Assembly: GCA_965223265.1 (NCBI GenBank)
Contig: OZ244999.1
Location: 9,115,497 to 9,179,496 of the forward strand
Length of the DNA stretch: 64,000 nt
Reading direction: 5' to 3'
Origin: Planctomycetota bacterium
Lineage (GTDB): Bacteria; Planctomycetota; UBA8108; SXIK01
The position numbers and the translations under genes were made by a program. Within the stretch, counting starts at the first letter, position 1. The number at the start of each line of letters is the position of its first letter. The notes under the pieces are model-generated. The model did no database searches. It was not told the DNA's origin and worked only from the letters and a program-made list of their open reading frames with translations. Shown here piece by piece: positions 41,797 through 51,709 of the stretch.

Positions 41797-42204
41797 TCAC
41801 TGCTTGTCTGCAGGGGCCTGTCGATAGTCGCGCGTGCGTGGCGGGTTGAAGCGTAAGTCGAGCGCCAGCCAAAAGAGGCGCGCGTAGCGGTGAAGAAAGA
41901 TCGGCAACGCGATCGCAACCGTGAGAAGAAACGGCCATTGCCGGTCCAGTCCAACGCCGAAGAAAGTGGCGACACAAAAGAACAGTGTCGTGAGAACGAT
42001 CGCTGTCGGACCGTAGTTCAGATAGATAGAGCCCACGAAGTATCCGTACTCTCGCTCGTAGTGAAACGCACACTTGTCGCACGACTCGCGCATGCGGAAC
42101 AGTCCTACAAACGGCCGCCCGTCGCCACAAGCTGGACAGCGAAGGCGAAGCGCCCTTGAGATCAGAACGCCTGGCGTCAGTGGGTTCGGTTCGGCCTCGT
42201 TCAC
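41797..42204 (-). CDS. DUF983 family membrane protein
   Basis: RALRLRCPACG...CDKC...EREYGYFVGSIYLNY plus two TM segments. Confidence 0.85.
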   Translation of the reverse strand: MNEAEPNPLTPGVLISRALRLRCPACGDGRPFVGLFRMRESCDKCAFHYEREYGYFVGSIYLNYGPTAIVLTTLFFCVATFFGVGLDRQWPFLLTVAIALPIFLHRYARLFWLALDLRFNPPRTRDYRQAPADKQ

Positions 42205-42230
42205 TCCACTCCCTCAAGCGTCACTCGTCA

Positions 42231-42689
42231 TCACTGCGCTTGGATAACGTACTGCAGGACGCGCACCACCTGTTCGGAGTCCCTGGCTGTGGCCAAGGCA
42301 GCCCCGTCGATCTCCTTCAGCGCGTGGTCGAGCCCGCTTTCGTGAAGCGTCACCAAGGGCTTTCCCTTGGCCGCAGCATAGCCGGCGTCGAATGCCGCGT
42401 TCCACTGGCGGTACTTTTCCCCGAACCGAACGACGACCACATCGGCAGCCTCGATGAACGTGCGCGTGCGAATGGCGTTGATTCGGGCGCCCTTATGATC
42501 TTTCCAGTAGGGGTTCGTCTCAGCTCCGAGGATGTCGACGCCGCACTCATCGCTGAGCGCGTGGTCGGTGACTGGAGACGTCAGCACGACTGGCAGCCCC
42601 GCTCGCTCGACACCGGCCGCGATTTCATGCCGCCAGCCGCTGTGAATTTCTCCGGCGAGGAAGACGTTCCAGGTCTTTTGTTCGTTCAT
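42231..42689 (-). CDS. YtoQ family protein (nucleoside deoxyribosyltransferase-like)
   Basis: VFLAGEIHSGWR, PVTDH..SD.CG, INAIRTR, FGEKYRQWNAAFDAGYA, HALKE. Confidence 0.9.
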   Translation of the reverse strand: MNEQKTWNVFLAGEIHSGWRHEIAAGVERAGLPVVLTSPVTDHALSDECGVDILGAETNPYWKDHKGARINAIRTRTFIEAADVVVVRFGEKYRQWNAAFDAGYAAAKGKPLVTLHESGLDHALKEIDGAALATARDSEQVVRVLQYVIQAQ

Positions 42690-42791
42690 GTTGGTATTTT
42701 CTGATCGACGTACGATTGCGCAAGTTGAATCCATGCCAAGTGCGAGAAATGTTCCCCAGTCGCGACCTTGCGCGTCAGCTTTGCTTCATGC

Positions 42792-43655
42792 TCATCGCGC
42801 CCGCAGGTATCTGCCAGCGAAGCCGTCGATGGACACACCGACGCGATCAGGAAGATGGCGGCAGGCGATGGCGACGGCTTGATCGCGGTAGTGCAGATCG
42901 ACAGCCACCGGGTCGAGATCGCGAATGGCGTTCACGAGCGGTGTCTTCCGCGTCCTCTCCCCGAGCGTCGATCCGTCACCCTCGATGAAGTGATCAATCA
43001 CAACCGCGTCGGCCGCCGCCGCGATGCGCGCGAAGAATGCTTCGGCGTCGGCGAGCGGAAGGATTGGCGACACCGTGATGACTGTCCGAATCTCGGCCTT
43101 CTTGAGCTGACTCGCGGCGCTGAAGCGTTGGTCCACCGAGCTGGCGTGTGCCGGTAGACCCGGAATCGTGTCACGATCCGTCTCGATCGACACGTGCACG
43201 CGGAGTTGGCATCGGTGCCGCAGCTTCTCGTAGAGATCGATATGGCTCGCGACTCGGTGGGAGTGTGTTTGCAGGACGAGGAGATCGGGAGGACGCTCGA
43301 GCATGGCCTCGAGGACCTCGCGCGTAACACCGAAGCGCGACTCCTGCGGCAAGAACGGTTCTGTTGAACTCGAGAGAAAGATGCCGAACGTCCCGCCGCC
43401 TCGGCGTGCCCACCTCCGCTCGCGCTCGAAATTGTCGACGTAGGAGGCCGCCGCGTTGGCGCGTACTTCGAGGAAGGAACCCCAGACGCGGTCTTTCACG
43501 ATGAACCCATTGTGCTGCACATAGCAGCCGACGCCGCAGAGGGAATGCCCGAAGCTGCAGCCCCGGTATGGCTGCAGCGAGTGAGAGGTGACCGTCTTTA
43601 AGTAGCCGGTCGTGCGAGTCAGGACGTTCTTGACCGAGGTGACCGTCGTTTGCAT
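42792..43655 (-). CDS. Radical SAM protein, SPL-like family
   Basis: LQPYRGCSFGHSLCGVGCY, SSSTEP, VSIETD, VSPILP. Confidence 0.8.
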   Translation of the reverse strand: MQTTVTSVKNVLTRTTGYLKTVTSHSLQPYRGCSFGHSLCGVGCYVQHNGFIVKDRVWGSFLEVRANAAASYVDNFERERRWARRGGGTFGIFLSSSTEPFLPQESRFGVTREVLEAMLERPPDLLVLQTHSHRVASHIDLYEKLRHRCQLRVHVSIETDRDTIPGLPAHASSVDQRFSAASQLKKAEIRTVITVSPILPLADAEAFFARIAAAADAVVIDHFIEGDGSTLGERTRKTPLVNAIRDLDPVAVDLHYRDQAVAIACRHLPDRVGVSIDGFAGRYLRAR

Positions 43656-43657
43656 AG

Positions 43658-43709
43658 GTCAGCGAGACCTTTCATCGAGTCGACGGCGAGTCAGCGAGAC
43701 CTTTCATCG
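43658..43709. repeat. 20-bp direct repeat GTCAGCGAGACCTTTCATCG x2
   Basis: Copies at 43658-43677 and 43690-43709 in the intergenic gap. Confidence 0.9.
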
Positions 43710-43714
43710 GGCCA

Positions 43715-44773
43715 TCAGAGCCCGAGCAGTCGCTTCGCGTTTTGCGACTGAACGAGATCGCGAACATGCGTGGCTGCGCCGAGCTCGTCCAAGAGGCGAA
43801 AGTGGGGGAATGATTGACCGACCGCATAGTAGTCCGTACCGAAGAGCAGACGCGCCGCCTGTCGCACAAGGAACTTTCGACCAAATCCGACGTCACGTGT
43901 TAGCGCGTGCGCACCGCTCGACGAAAGATCGCCGTAAAGATTGGAGTGCAGGTCCATCAGCGCGTCAATGGCGCCGCCCGGAGAGACCGGACCGGACGGG
44001 TAACCGACGTGAAGATCAGCCTGCGTCAAACCGCCGGCGATCGACGCCCACCACCCTTTGCCGTGGCCGATGAACGGGAGGCGTGGAAACTGCTCTAGCA
44101 TACGCTTCAGACCTGGCAGCCCGGGCTTGTCCATGTTGGCTTGGTTGTCGAGGTGGAACAAGATCGGCAATTCGACTTCTGCGCACGCGGCGTACAGCTT
44201 TTCATTGAGCGGATCGTCGATCGGCAATCGTGGCTTGTGTTCCCCAAAACCCTTCGCTCCGGCGTCCACATAGCGTCGGAGCATGCCGACAAGTTCTTCA
44301 TGCTTCGTCAGGTGTGTACCGGCTGTGCGCGGGTCGATAGCGCAAAACGGCACCAAGCGGTCTCGGTGCGGTTTCGTCTCGCGCAGCACGAACTCTGTGG
44401 TCACGGGATAGTAGAAGGCCTCAGGCGAGACGAGTGGGAGCACCACGGCGCGCTCGATGCCGTGTTCGTCCATCCAGCGAAGAAGCTCCGAAACGGTCAC
44501 CGGCTTGGAGTCAAACCAAGGCTGACCCAGATGCGTGTGGATGTCGAACAACTCGCGACGTGGCGTGGTCGAGTCCTCGTCGCGGGCCGACAGGCACCCA
44601 CTCTGCTGCACGACGCCGAGCGCAGCGATGCCAAGCAAGCCTTGAAATCTTCGCCGGCTGATCGGGCGCGGCTGAGCGGTCTGGTCGCGTGGCGAGCCGG
44701 CCACCGACTCGGTGACGGTTGGCGGTGCCGTCGGCGAGTGTGTGCGCATCGGCGGCGGTGTTTGTTGGCTCAC
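43715..44773 (-). CDS. Amidohydrolase_2 family protein with Tat(-lipoprotein) signal
   Basis: SRRRFQ...SGC, DIHTH, GFGEHK, PILFH, FIGHG, LLFGTDY, NAKRLL. Confidence 0.88.
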   Translation of the reverse strand: MSQQTPPPMRTHSPTAPPTVTESVAGSPRDQTAQPRPISRRRFQGLLGIAALGVVQQSGCLSARDEDSTTPRRELFDIHTHLGQPWFDSKPVTVSELLRWMDEHGIERAVVLPLVSPEAFYYPVTTEFVLRETKPHRDRLVPFCAIDPRTAGTHLTKHEELVGMLRRYVDAGAKGFGEHKPRLPIDDPLNEKLYAACAEVELPILFHLDNQANMDKPGLPGLKRMLEQFPRLPFIGHGKGWWASIAGGLTQADLHVGYPSGPVSPGGAIDALMDLHSNLYGDLSSSGAHALTRDVGFGRKFLVRQAARLLFGTDYYAVGQSFPHFRLLDELGAATHVRDLVQSQNAKRLLGL

Positions 44774-44774
44774 C

Positions 44775-45860
44775 TCAAGTTCCTTTCACCGCTCGCGCGC
44801 GCTCAACGAACGCGTCCAGGCCGACGATCTCGGCCCGCTCACCGGCGGCCTCGACCAGGTCGCAGATCATGTCGATCGTCCGAAACTCCGGATCGACGAC
44901 ACCGAGGCACGACGGGTGCGCCAGGAAATCGTACACTTCGCCGCGATCGATCGTCTGCTCGACCGCGTCGCGGATTGCTTTCATGAACCACTCGAGGCGC
45001 CAGCGGCCGCCGCGAAAAGCCGTGATGTCGCTGATTGGGCTCATCGGGATCTCGACTAGACCACCCGGGTAGACGAAGGGCTGCGCTTCGCTCTGCGCTT
45101 TGAGAATCGCGTCGTACATCTCCTGCGTCGGCTTTTTGCCGTTGCGGCCGTACGGTGGGTGAGCGGGATACTTGCTGCTCACCCATGTGAAGCCGATTTC
45201 GCGCAGCATCTTTTGAACGTCTTCGCGTCCGGAAAGGCCGGCGTGGAAGCCGCCAGGGGTACGAAAACCAGCCGACCGTTTGATGCCGCCGCGTTCGCGA
45301 AGAGCGATCTCACACATCTCGATATTGTCGCGGATGACCTTGTCGATCGATTTGCCGCGGATCAACCATGGCGCTCGTTTGAAGCGGAATTGGATTTGAT
45401 CGCGTGTCGTTGAGAGGACGTTCACGTGGTCATACGTGTGGTTGCCGATGGGGTGTCCCTCGGCTGCGATTTCCTTGAGCCACTCGATGTCTTCCTGCTC
45501 GAACACACGTCCGACGACGAAGTTGTGGATGACGCCACCTCGCTTCTTCACGCGGCGGCAGGCGTCGACGGTGTATCGTTTCGTCGCTGCATCGAGGTTG
45601 CCTTTTTCGTAGTCCCAGTGCGTGCGTTCCCAGGTCGGGAAATTTCGACTCATTTCGAGGTCGAGGGTGATGCAGACGAGCGCCTTGCGTTTCTGGGGCG
45701 CGCTGACAAGTGGCTCCCGGTCGGACCCACGCACCCTCTGTGACCGGCCGTCGGACCAGACCAGGCTCGGCGCAGCGAGTGCTGCGGCCGCGCCACCACA
45801 CGCAGTGAGGAAACCGCGACGCGAAAGGGGTTCGTTGTTGAACGTACGGCGAGTCGTCAT
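44775..45860 (-). CDS. Polysaccharide deacetylase family protein with Tat signal
   Basis: SRRGFL, ITLDLE, GNHTYDH, GFRTPGG, FLAHP. Confidence 0.85.
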   Translation of the reverse strand: MTTRRTFNNEPLSRRGFLTACGGAAAALAAPSLVWSDGRSQRVRGSDREPLVSAPQKRKALVCITLDLEMSRNFPTWERTHWDYEKGNLDAATKRYTVDACRRVKKRGGVIHNFVVGRVFEQEDIEWLKEIAAEGHPIGNHTYDHVNVLSTTRDQIQFRFKRAPWLIRGKSIDKVIRDNIEMCEIALRERGGIKRSAGFRTPGGFHAGLSGREDVQKMLREIGFTWVSSKYPAHPPYGRNGKKPTQEMYDAILKAQSEAQPFVYPGGLVEIPMSPISDITAFRGGRWRLEWFMKAIRDAVEQTIDRGEVYDFLAHPSCLGVVDPEFRTIDMICDLVEAAGERAEIVGLDAFVERARAVKGT

Positions 45861-45905
45861 GGGGTGCTCTCCTTGAGCCGAGTCTCTAGTCTAATGACGA
45901 AGCAT

Positions 45906-48900
45906 CTAGTTTCCGGCATTCGTACTTTGTAGATAGCTGAAGAGGTCCCGGATCTGTTGAGGCGTTAACGTCGCGTGAAGACCTTCCGGCATGAGCGACA
46001 CTTCGGCGTCATCGATCTGCGCGATCTCGCCGCGCGAAAGAGTGATCTCCTTCGCTTGGCTGTCGACCAATCGCACGGATGTGGGCTCGTTTGCCACGAT
46101 GAGTCCCGTCACCACGCGCCCATCACTGGTGACAATGTCCGACGACAAATACTCTTTGCGAATGACGCGGCTGGGGTCAACTAGACTGGCGAGGAGAAAC
46201 GTGCGATCGGCACGATTGGCGTGCGTCAGATCGGGGCCAACTTTCGCACCTTCCCCGAAAAGCACGTGACAGCCGGCGCACGTTTTTTGAAAGACGACGC
46301 GACCCTTCTCTGGGTTTCCCGGACTCGCCCGGAGCTCATTGTTCAGGCGCCGCATCACCGCAAGCTTCTCTTCCGGCGTGCCAGGCGTAAGGCGTCCCCA
46401 ATGTTTTGTGACGATCTCGGTCAGCCGATCGCTCTCGTATCTGACCACGGCTCGTACTTCCTCGACGCCGATCTGCTGCGGGTCGATTTCGCCGCGCTCC
46501 ACCGCCGCGAGGAAGAGTGCCGCCGAATCTTCGCGTCCCATGAGGACCCGCCGAAGCTCGACGCCAAGCTCTGGGGTGGCGCGCTTGTGCAAAGAGACGA
46601 GCGCGCGAGCGATCGACTCGTCTGGATGGCGGGCCAGCGCTCGCACCGCCTCGATCCGAAGTGGCGTCGCGGTTTCTTCCTGTGCGATTCGAAGTAGCGG
46701 CGCAGCGCAGCGAGAGGTCCCGAGTTGACCGAGCAGCGCGAGCATCGCGGTTCGCCGTTCGACCCCCGATGCCTGATCTCGCGCCAGTGCTATGGCACGC
46801 TGCTCCGCGAGGCGGCTGCCGAGTCGCATGTGAAGTCGCAGCAAATTCGCGTCGGATGGAGCGTTTTCCCACAGACGTGTGAGTTCCGCGCCAAGAGCCT
46901 TCGGCACTTTGTTCTCTAATCGGGCCGATGGCAAGTCGCCCGCCGCGTCAGGCTGCGCTTTCGTCGCTACTCCGATCCCGGCGAATAGCGAGCCTGGTCC
47001 GACACCCTTCCGCGGCGTTGAAGAGCCTAATCCAGCATCGAGAGCAATCACCATCGCGCGCGTCGAGGCGTGCGAATGGGCCTTTGCCGCGGCCAATAGC
47101 CGGCTGCAAATCTCCAGGCTTTCAGGCGACCGTTCGGATGCGAAGCGGCGCATAAGCCGTGGCAGCACTGTGTCTCTGAGAATCGGGCGAATCCATGCTA
47201 CCGGTGTCGCAAAAAGACTACTCACGACATCGGGTGCTTCCAGCGCATGGCGTTCGACTGCCCACCAAATCAGTAGGGGCAGGTGTGGATCGTCCGCATC
47301 TGCATCATGCTTCGAAAGCGCAGCGGCCAGCTGCAGTCCCAGCTCGGTAGGTACGCGTTGTGCGCTTTGTGCGAGCTGGCTTCGTACACGCACGGAGTGG
47401 TCGGACATCGCCAGCGATTTCAGAGCCGTCGCCACCGCCGACGGAACAGTGCCGGCTCGCTTGGCAGCGTCACCCAAGAAACGCACGGTCCAGGCGCGGA
47501 TGTGCTCGCTGTCATGGTCTAGCAGCTTTAGCCCGAGTGCCGTGTCAAATCCGCCACTGGAGTAGAGTGTCCACAACGCCTCGAGAGCCAACGGATCCTT
47601 CGCTGAGAGCATGCGACGAAGGCGTGGGTAGGCCGCTGGATCACGTCGCTCCATCAATACCTTTCGCGCTTGTCGGACGTACCACCCATTGGATCTTTCC
47701 AGCCAACCGACAAGATCGTGACTGCTGCGCTCGTGAGGATCTTCGACTTGGTGACGTGCTGCGTCGACCGCTTGGATACGGACGATGCGGCCGTTGGACT
47801 TGTCCCATTCTGCGTCGGGGTCGGGATGAGCTGTCCGTGCGTCGCGCCAGTCGGTGACGTAGACGGCGCCGTCCGGGCCGATGGTCACGTCCGTCGGTGC
47901 GAACCATGTGTCGTTGGCGATGAGCAGATCGCCGGCGTGCTCGCTTGTAAAGGTCGAGCCTGCGGCTCGAACGTGATGCCAATACACCGCATGGCCGAGG
48001 AGGTCTGCAGCGATGTACTTTCCACGAAAGGAAGCAGGGAAAGTTTCGCCGGTGTAAAAGCGGCCCCCTACCTCGACGTGCCCGCCACGAAAGTTCTTGT
48101 GGGCAACGTGCTGAAAGTAGCCGTAAGCGTGGGGGTTGTGAAGCTCGCCGTGCTTGCCGAAGCTCTTCCAGTAGTAGGCACCTTGCACGCCGTGCAGCAT
48201 AACGTAGCCGCCATGATTGGTGGCGTAAAGCAGCTGCCCGGTGGCGTCGAAGTCGATCCCCCAAGAGTTTCCGCCGCCTTCGCAAAAAAGTTCGAACTCC
48301 TTCGTGATGGGATGATAGCGCCACACGCCCTGCTGGAACTCGATCGACCGAATGACGGACGTGACCGTGCTTCCCTGCGTGCCGTAGAGCCAACCGTCCG
48401 GACCCCAAGTCAGCGAGTTAGCGACTGAGTGTGCATCCTGCATACCGAATCCCGTGAGTTCGACGCTGGGATCGGCGTCCGGAACGTCGTCACGATCGCG
48501 ATCTGGGTAGAAGAGAAGATAGGGCACGTTGAGGACGTAGACACCTCCATGACCGAAAGCAAGGCTGGACGTGAGATTGAGACCGTCGACGAAATCTTTG
48601 GCGCGATCGGCTTCGCCGTCGCCGTCGACGTCCTCGAGAATCGTGATGCGATCGGCGCCGGCGGGACCATGCGGCGGCGGTTTCGGGACACGGTCGTAGA
48701 CCGTCCGCGACCAGCGATCCACTTTGACGCGAGAGAGACCCGCGGGGTTTGGGTACTGAAGGTACTGGATCACCCAGAGTCGGCCGCGGTCATCGAATTC
48801 GATGGCGACGGGCTGACGCACCATCGGCTCGCTAGCCACCATGCTGGCGACCAAGCCTGGCGGTGTGTTCATGCGAGCGATGGATTCGTCTGGGGTGAAG

Positions 48901-48998
48901 TCTTGCGCCTGCAGACGATGCGATCCGCTCCAGGTCAGGGTCCCGGCGAGCAGCAGAAGAGGGCGCATCCATCGAAGCATTGGCTCGTCTCGTGTCAA
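45906..48998 (-). CDS. PVC-type heme-binding CxxCH protein (membrane-bound dehydrogenase domain + HEAT + cytochrome c)
   Basis: ASEPMVRQPVAIEFDDRGRLWV, LTWGPDGWLYG, GPDGAVYVTDW, CAGCH, VGPDLT, SLMPEGL. Confidence 0.92.
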   Translation of the reverse strand: MTRDEPMLRWMRPLLLLAGTLTWSGSHRLQAQDFTPDESIARMNTPPGLVASMVASEPMVRQPVAIEFDDRGRLWVIQYLQYPNPAGLSRVKVDRWSRTVYDRVPKPPPHGPAGADRITILEDVDGDGEADRAKDFVDGLNLTSSLAFGHGGVYVLNVPYLLFYPDRDRDDVPDADPSVELTGFGMQDAHSVANSLTWGPDGWLYGTQGSTVTSVIRSIEFQQGVWRYHPITKEFELFCEGGGNSWGIDFDATGQLLYATNHGGYVMLHGVQGAYYWKSFGKHGELHNPHAYGYFQHVAHKNFRGGHVEVGGRFYTGETFPASFRGKYIAADLLGHAVYWHHVRAAGSTFTSEHAGDLLIANDTWFAPTDVTIGPDGAVYVTDWRDARTAHPDPDAEWDKSNGRIVRIQAVDAARHQVEDPHERSSHDLVGWLERSNGWYVRQARKVLMERRDPAAYPRLRRMLSAKDPLALEALWTLYSSGGFDTALGLKLLDHDSEHIRAWTVRFLGDAAKRAGTVPSAVATALKSLAMSDHSVRVRSQLAQSAQRVPTELGLQLAAALSKHDADADDPHLPLLIWWAVERHALEAPDVVSSLFATPVAWIRPILRDTVLPRLMRRFASERSPESLEICSRLLAAAKAHSHASTRAMVIALDAGLGSSTPRKGVGPGSLFAGIGVATKAQPDAAGDLPSARLENKVPKALGAELTRLWENAPSDANLLRLHMRLGSRLAEQRAIALARDQASGVERRTAMLALLGQLGTSRCAAPLLRIAQEETATPLRIEAVRALARHPDESIARALVSLHKRATPELGVELRRVLMGREDSAALFLAAVERGEIDPQQIGVEEVRAVVRYESDRLTEIVTKHWGRLTPGTPEEKLAVMRRLNNELRASPGNPEKGRVVFQKTCAGCHVLFGEGAKVGPDLTHANRADRTFLLASLVDPSRVIRKEYLSSDIVTSDGRVVTGLIVANEPTSVRLVDSQAKEITLSRGEIAQIDDAEVSLMPEGLHATLTPQQIRDLFSYLQSTNAGN

Positions 48999-49525
48999 AG
49001 AATCGCTACCGCCTCGATCTCGATCTCGAGACCTGGGATTGCGAGCTCAGTCGTCCCCACCGCCGTTGACGCCGGGTAGGGCTCAACCAGGTAGTCGCGA
49101 CGCACTTTACGGTAAATCGGCAGATCGCGCAGAAGGTGCACGAAGAACGAACGCATGATGACGACGTTCTTCCACGAAGCGCCGGCCTCCGTGAGGATCA
49201 GACCGATGCGGTCGAACGTTTGACGCATCTGGGTTTCCATGTCGGCGTTGACATCCTTTGGTCCTTGACCGGATATGAAGAGGAGCTGCTCGCCAGAGGC
49301 CATGATGGCCGGTGAGTACCCTGCGTCGGCTGCTGGGGCTCCGTCTGGATAGATCCCTTTTTTTTGAGTCATCGCGAACCCCTTTTTCGATGAAGTCCTA
49401 AGTGACGAGCACGACACAAGGCCGCCGGCGCCGGCGATGCCGACGAGGGTCGCCGCGAGAAACGAGCGCCGGTCGTTGCTGACCTCACGGCCGCGCTTTG
49501 GATCGGTGTAGGAGTTTTCTTTCAT
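48995..49525 (-). CDS. RidA/YjgF family protein with Tat-lipoprotein-like N-terminus
   Basis: DRRSFL...LVSC; YSPAI, FISGQ, AGASWKNVV, PASTAVG, IEIEAVA. Confidence 0.85.
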   Translation of the reverse strand: MKENSYTDPKRGREVSNDRRSFLAATLVGIAGAGGLVSCSSLRTSSKKGFAMTQKKGIYPDGAPAADAGYSPAIMASGEQLLFISGQGPKDVNADMETQMRQTFDRIGLILTEAGASWKNVVIMRSFFVHLLRDLPIYRKVRRDYLVEPYPASTAVGTTELAIPGLEIEIEAVAIL

Positions 49526-49766
49526 GGCGCCATGATCATCCAAGAGACGACGCGAGTCAATCCGAGCAGACACCCTACGGCGGCGCTCTACTCTGTTCCT
49601 CCCAGACTCCTCCCCGTCAATGCCATTTGGTTATCACCACCGTCAGCGCCTTAGATTCCGCCATCAAGCAGCGTTTTTGTTGCCGGTGTGACTTTTTTCA
49701 TGGTTACCAGCCGACGAAGGAGGTGGAGCACTGACGCCGCAGTCAGACGAGGAAAGCAGAGCGAGG

Positions 49767-51545
49767 ATGACAACCCAGCAAATCATCGTCTTTGCGGTTT
49801 TGGGTATGACCCTCGTGCTGTTTGTGTGGGGGCGTTGGCGCTACGATCTTGTCGCCTGCTTATCGCTCTTCGCCTTGATCTTCGCAGGGATCATCGAGAC
49901 CGAGGCGGCATTTTCCGGATTCGCCCACCCAGCGGTGATAACGGTTGCTGCGGTCCTGGTGCTGAGTCGCGGCCTGAGAAACTCGGGGGTGGTCGACACC
50001 CTCGCGCGTGGTGTCGCGCCGTTCGCACGGTTTCACTGCACTCACATCGTTGCCCTCTCCATCCTCGTAGCCGTCGCGTCGGCGTTCATGAACAACGTCG
50101 GTGCTTTGGCTCTGATCATGCCGGTTGCGCTTGAGTCGGCGCAGAAGCGAGGCCGATCACCGGCGACTGTCCTCATGCCTTTGGCATTCGCATCGATCCT
50201 CGGTGGCATGATGACGATGATCGGGACCCCTCCTAACGTCATCATTGCGAGCTATCGAAGCACCGTCGCTGAGACGCCCTTCACGCTTTTTGACTTCGCA
50301 CCGGTCGGTGTTCCAGTTGCCCTCATCGGCGTTTTTTTCGTCTCTGTTGCGGGTTGGCGTTTGATACCGCGCGAACGTCGCGGGCAAGCTCTACCCGAGA
50401 ACCTTTTTCGTATCGAGCAGTACATCACCGAAGCGCGGGTCCCTGAGGGCTCCGAGTGGTGTGGTCGCACGATCGGTGAGCTCGAGAAGCTGCGCGACGG
50501 AGACGTCGTCGTTGCCGGGGTCATTCGCAGTAAGCAGACGCGGTTGGCGCCACCGCGTAGCCTCAAGCTGCAGCCCGAGGATGTACTGATTTTGAAGGCT
50601 GATCCTTCCGAGCTGCCGTCGGTGATCAGCGCGGCGAAGCTCGAGCTGATCGGGGGGTTCAAGGCGAAGGAAGAGACGCTGCGGTCCGACAAGATCGGCC
50701 TCATGGAGGCGGTGGTGCCGCCTGGCTCGGCGTTGATCGGCCGCACACCTCTCAGCCTGAAGATGCGATCGGAGAGTCGAACGAATCTGCTAGCGATGGC
50801 AAGGAAAGGAAGGCCGATCCGTGAACGTTTGCGGCGCGTGAAGTTCGAAGCCGGAGACGTCCTCTTGCTACACGGGGAAGCCGAGCAGCTGCCTGAGACT
50901 GCGGTTTCGGTGGGGCTTCTGCCGCTCGCCAAGCGGCACCTTCGCATCGGCAAGGCGAGGCGTCCTTTCGCCGCGCTTGGGGTCTTCGCGGTGGCGCTCG
51001 GCTTGGCAGCGTTCGGCGTCGTGCCGTCGCAGATTTCTCTGGCTGCTGCGGCGCTCGTCTTCGTCCTGTTGGATTTCGTCTCGCCGCGCGTCGTCTACGA
51101 GTCGATCGATTGGTCCGTGATTGTGCTCCTCGGCGCCATGATTCCGGTCGGCGAGGCGCTGCAGTCGAGCGGCAGTACCGCGTTGATCACAGAGTTCCTC
51201 GCCGACGTGACCGCGCCGCTGCCGGTCATCTGCGTGCTTGGTCTCGTGATGATCGTGACGATGACGCTCTCCGACATCATCAACAACGCCGCTACGGCGG
51301 TTGTCATGGCTCCCTTGGCGGTGGGCCTCGCCAACAACCTCGGTTTGGCGATCGATCCGTTCTTGATGGCGGTGGCCGTCGGCGCGTCGTGCGCGTTTTT
51401 GACGCCCATTGGTCATCAGTGCAACACGCTCGTCATGGGACCCGGAGGATACCGTTTCGGCGACTACTGGCGGCCTGGTCTGCCACTCGAAGCGATCATC
51501 GTCATGGTGTCGCTGCCGCTGATCACGTTCTTTTGGCCGTTGTGA
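49767..51545 (+). CDS. SLC13/CitT-type permease with two TrkA-C domains
   Basis: RYDLVA, GFAHPAVIT, SAFMNNVG, GGMMTMIGTPPN, INNAATAV, FLTPIGHQCNTLVMGPGGYRFGDY. Confidence 0.93.
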   Translation: MTTQQIIVFAVLGMTLVLFVWGRWRYDLVACLSLFALIFAGIIETEAAFSGFAHPAVITVAAVLVLSRGLRNSGVVDTLARGVAPFARFHCTHIVALSILVAVASAFMNNVGALALIMPVALESAQKRGRSPATVLMPLAFASILGGMMTMIGTPPNVIIASYRSTVAETPFTLFDFAPVGVPVALIGVFFVSVAGWRLIPRERRGQALPENLFRIEQYITEARVPEGSEWCGRTIGELEKLRDGDVVVAGVIRSKQTRLAPPRSLKLQPEDVLILKADPSELPSVISAAKLELIGGFKAKEETLRSDKIGLMEAVVPPGSALIGRTPLSLKMRSESRTNLLAMARKGRPIRERLRRVKFEAGDVLLLHGEAEQLPETAVSVGLLPLAKRHLRIGKARRPFAALGVFAVALGLAAFGVVPSQISLAAAALVFVLLDFVSPRVVYESIDWSVIVLLGAMIPVGEALQSSGSTALITEFLADVTAPLPVICVLGLVMIVTMTLSDIINNAATAVVMAPLAVGLANNLGLAIDPFLMAVAVGASCAFLTPIGHQCNTLVMGPGGYRFGDYWRPGLPLEAIIVMVSLPLITFFWPL

Positions 51546-51547
51546 CG

Positions 51548-51679
51548 GAGACAGAGACAGAGACGGAGACGGAGACGGAGACAGAGACGGAGACAGAGAC
51601 GGAGACAGAGACGGAGACAGAGACGGAGACAGAGACGGAGACAGAGACGGAGACAGAGACGGAGACAGAGACGGAGACG
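51548..51679. repeat. (GAGACR)22 hexamer array
   Basis: Read directly; starts 2 bp after the permease stop. Confidence 0.95.
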
Positions 51680-51709
51680 GAGAACGCCCACGCCCACGCT
51701 CACGCTCAC

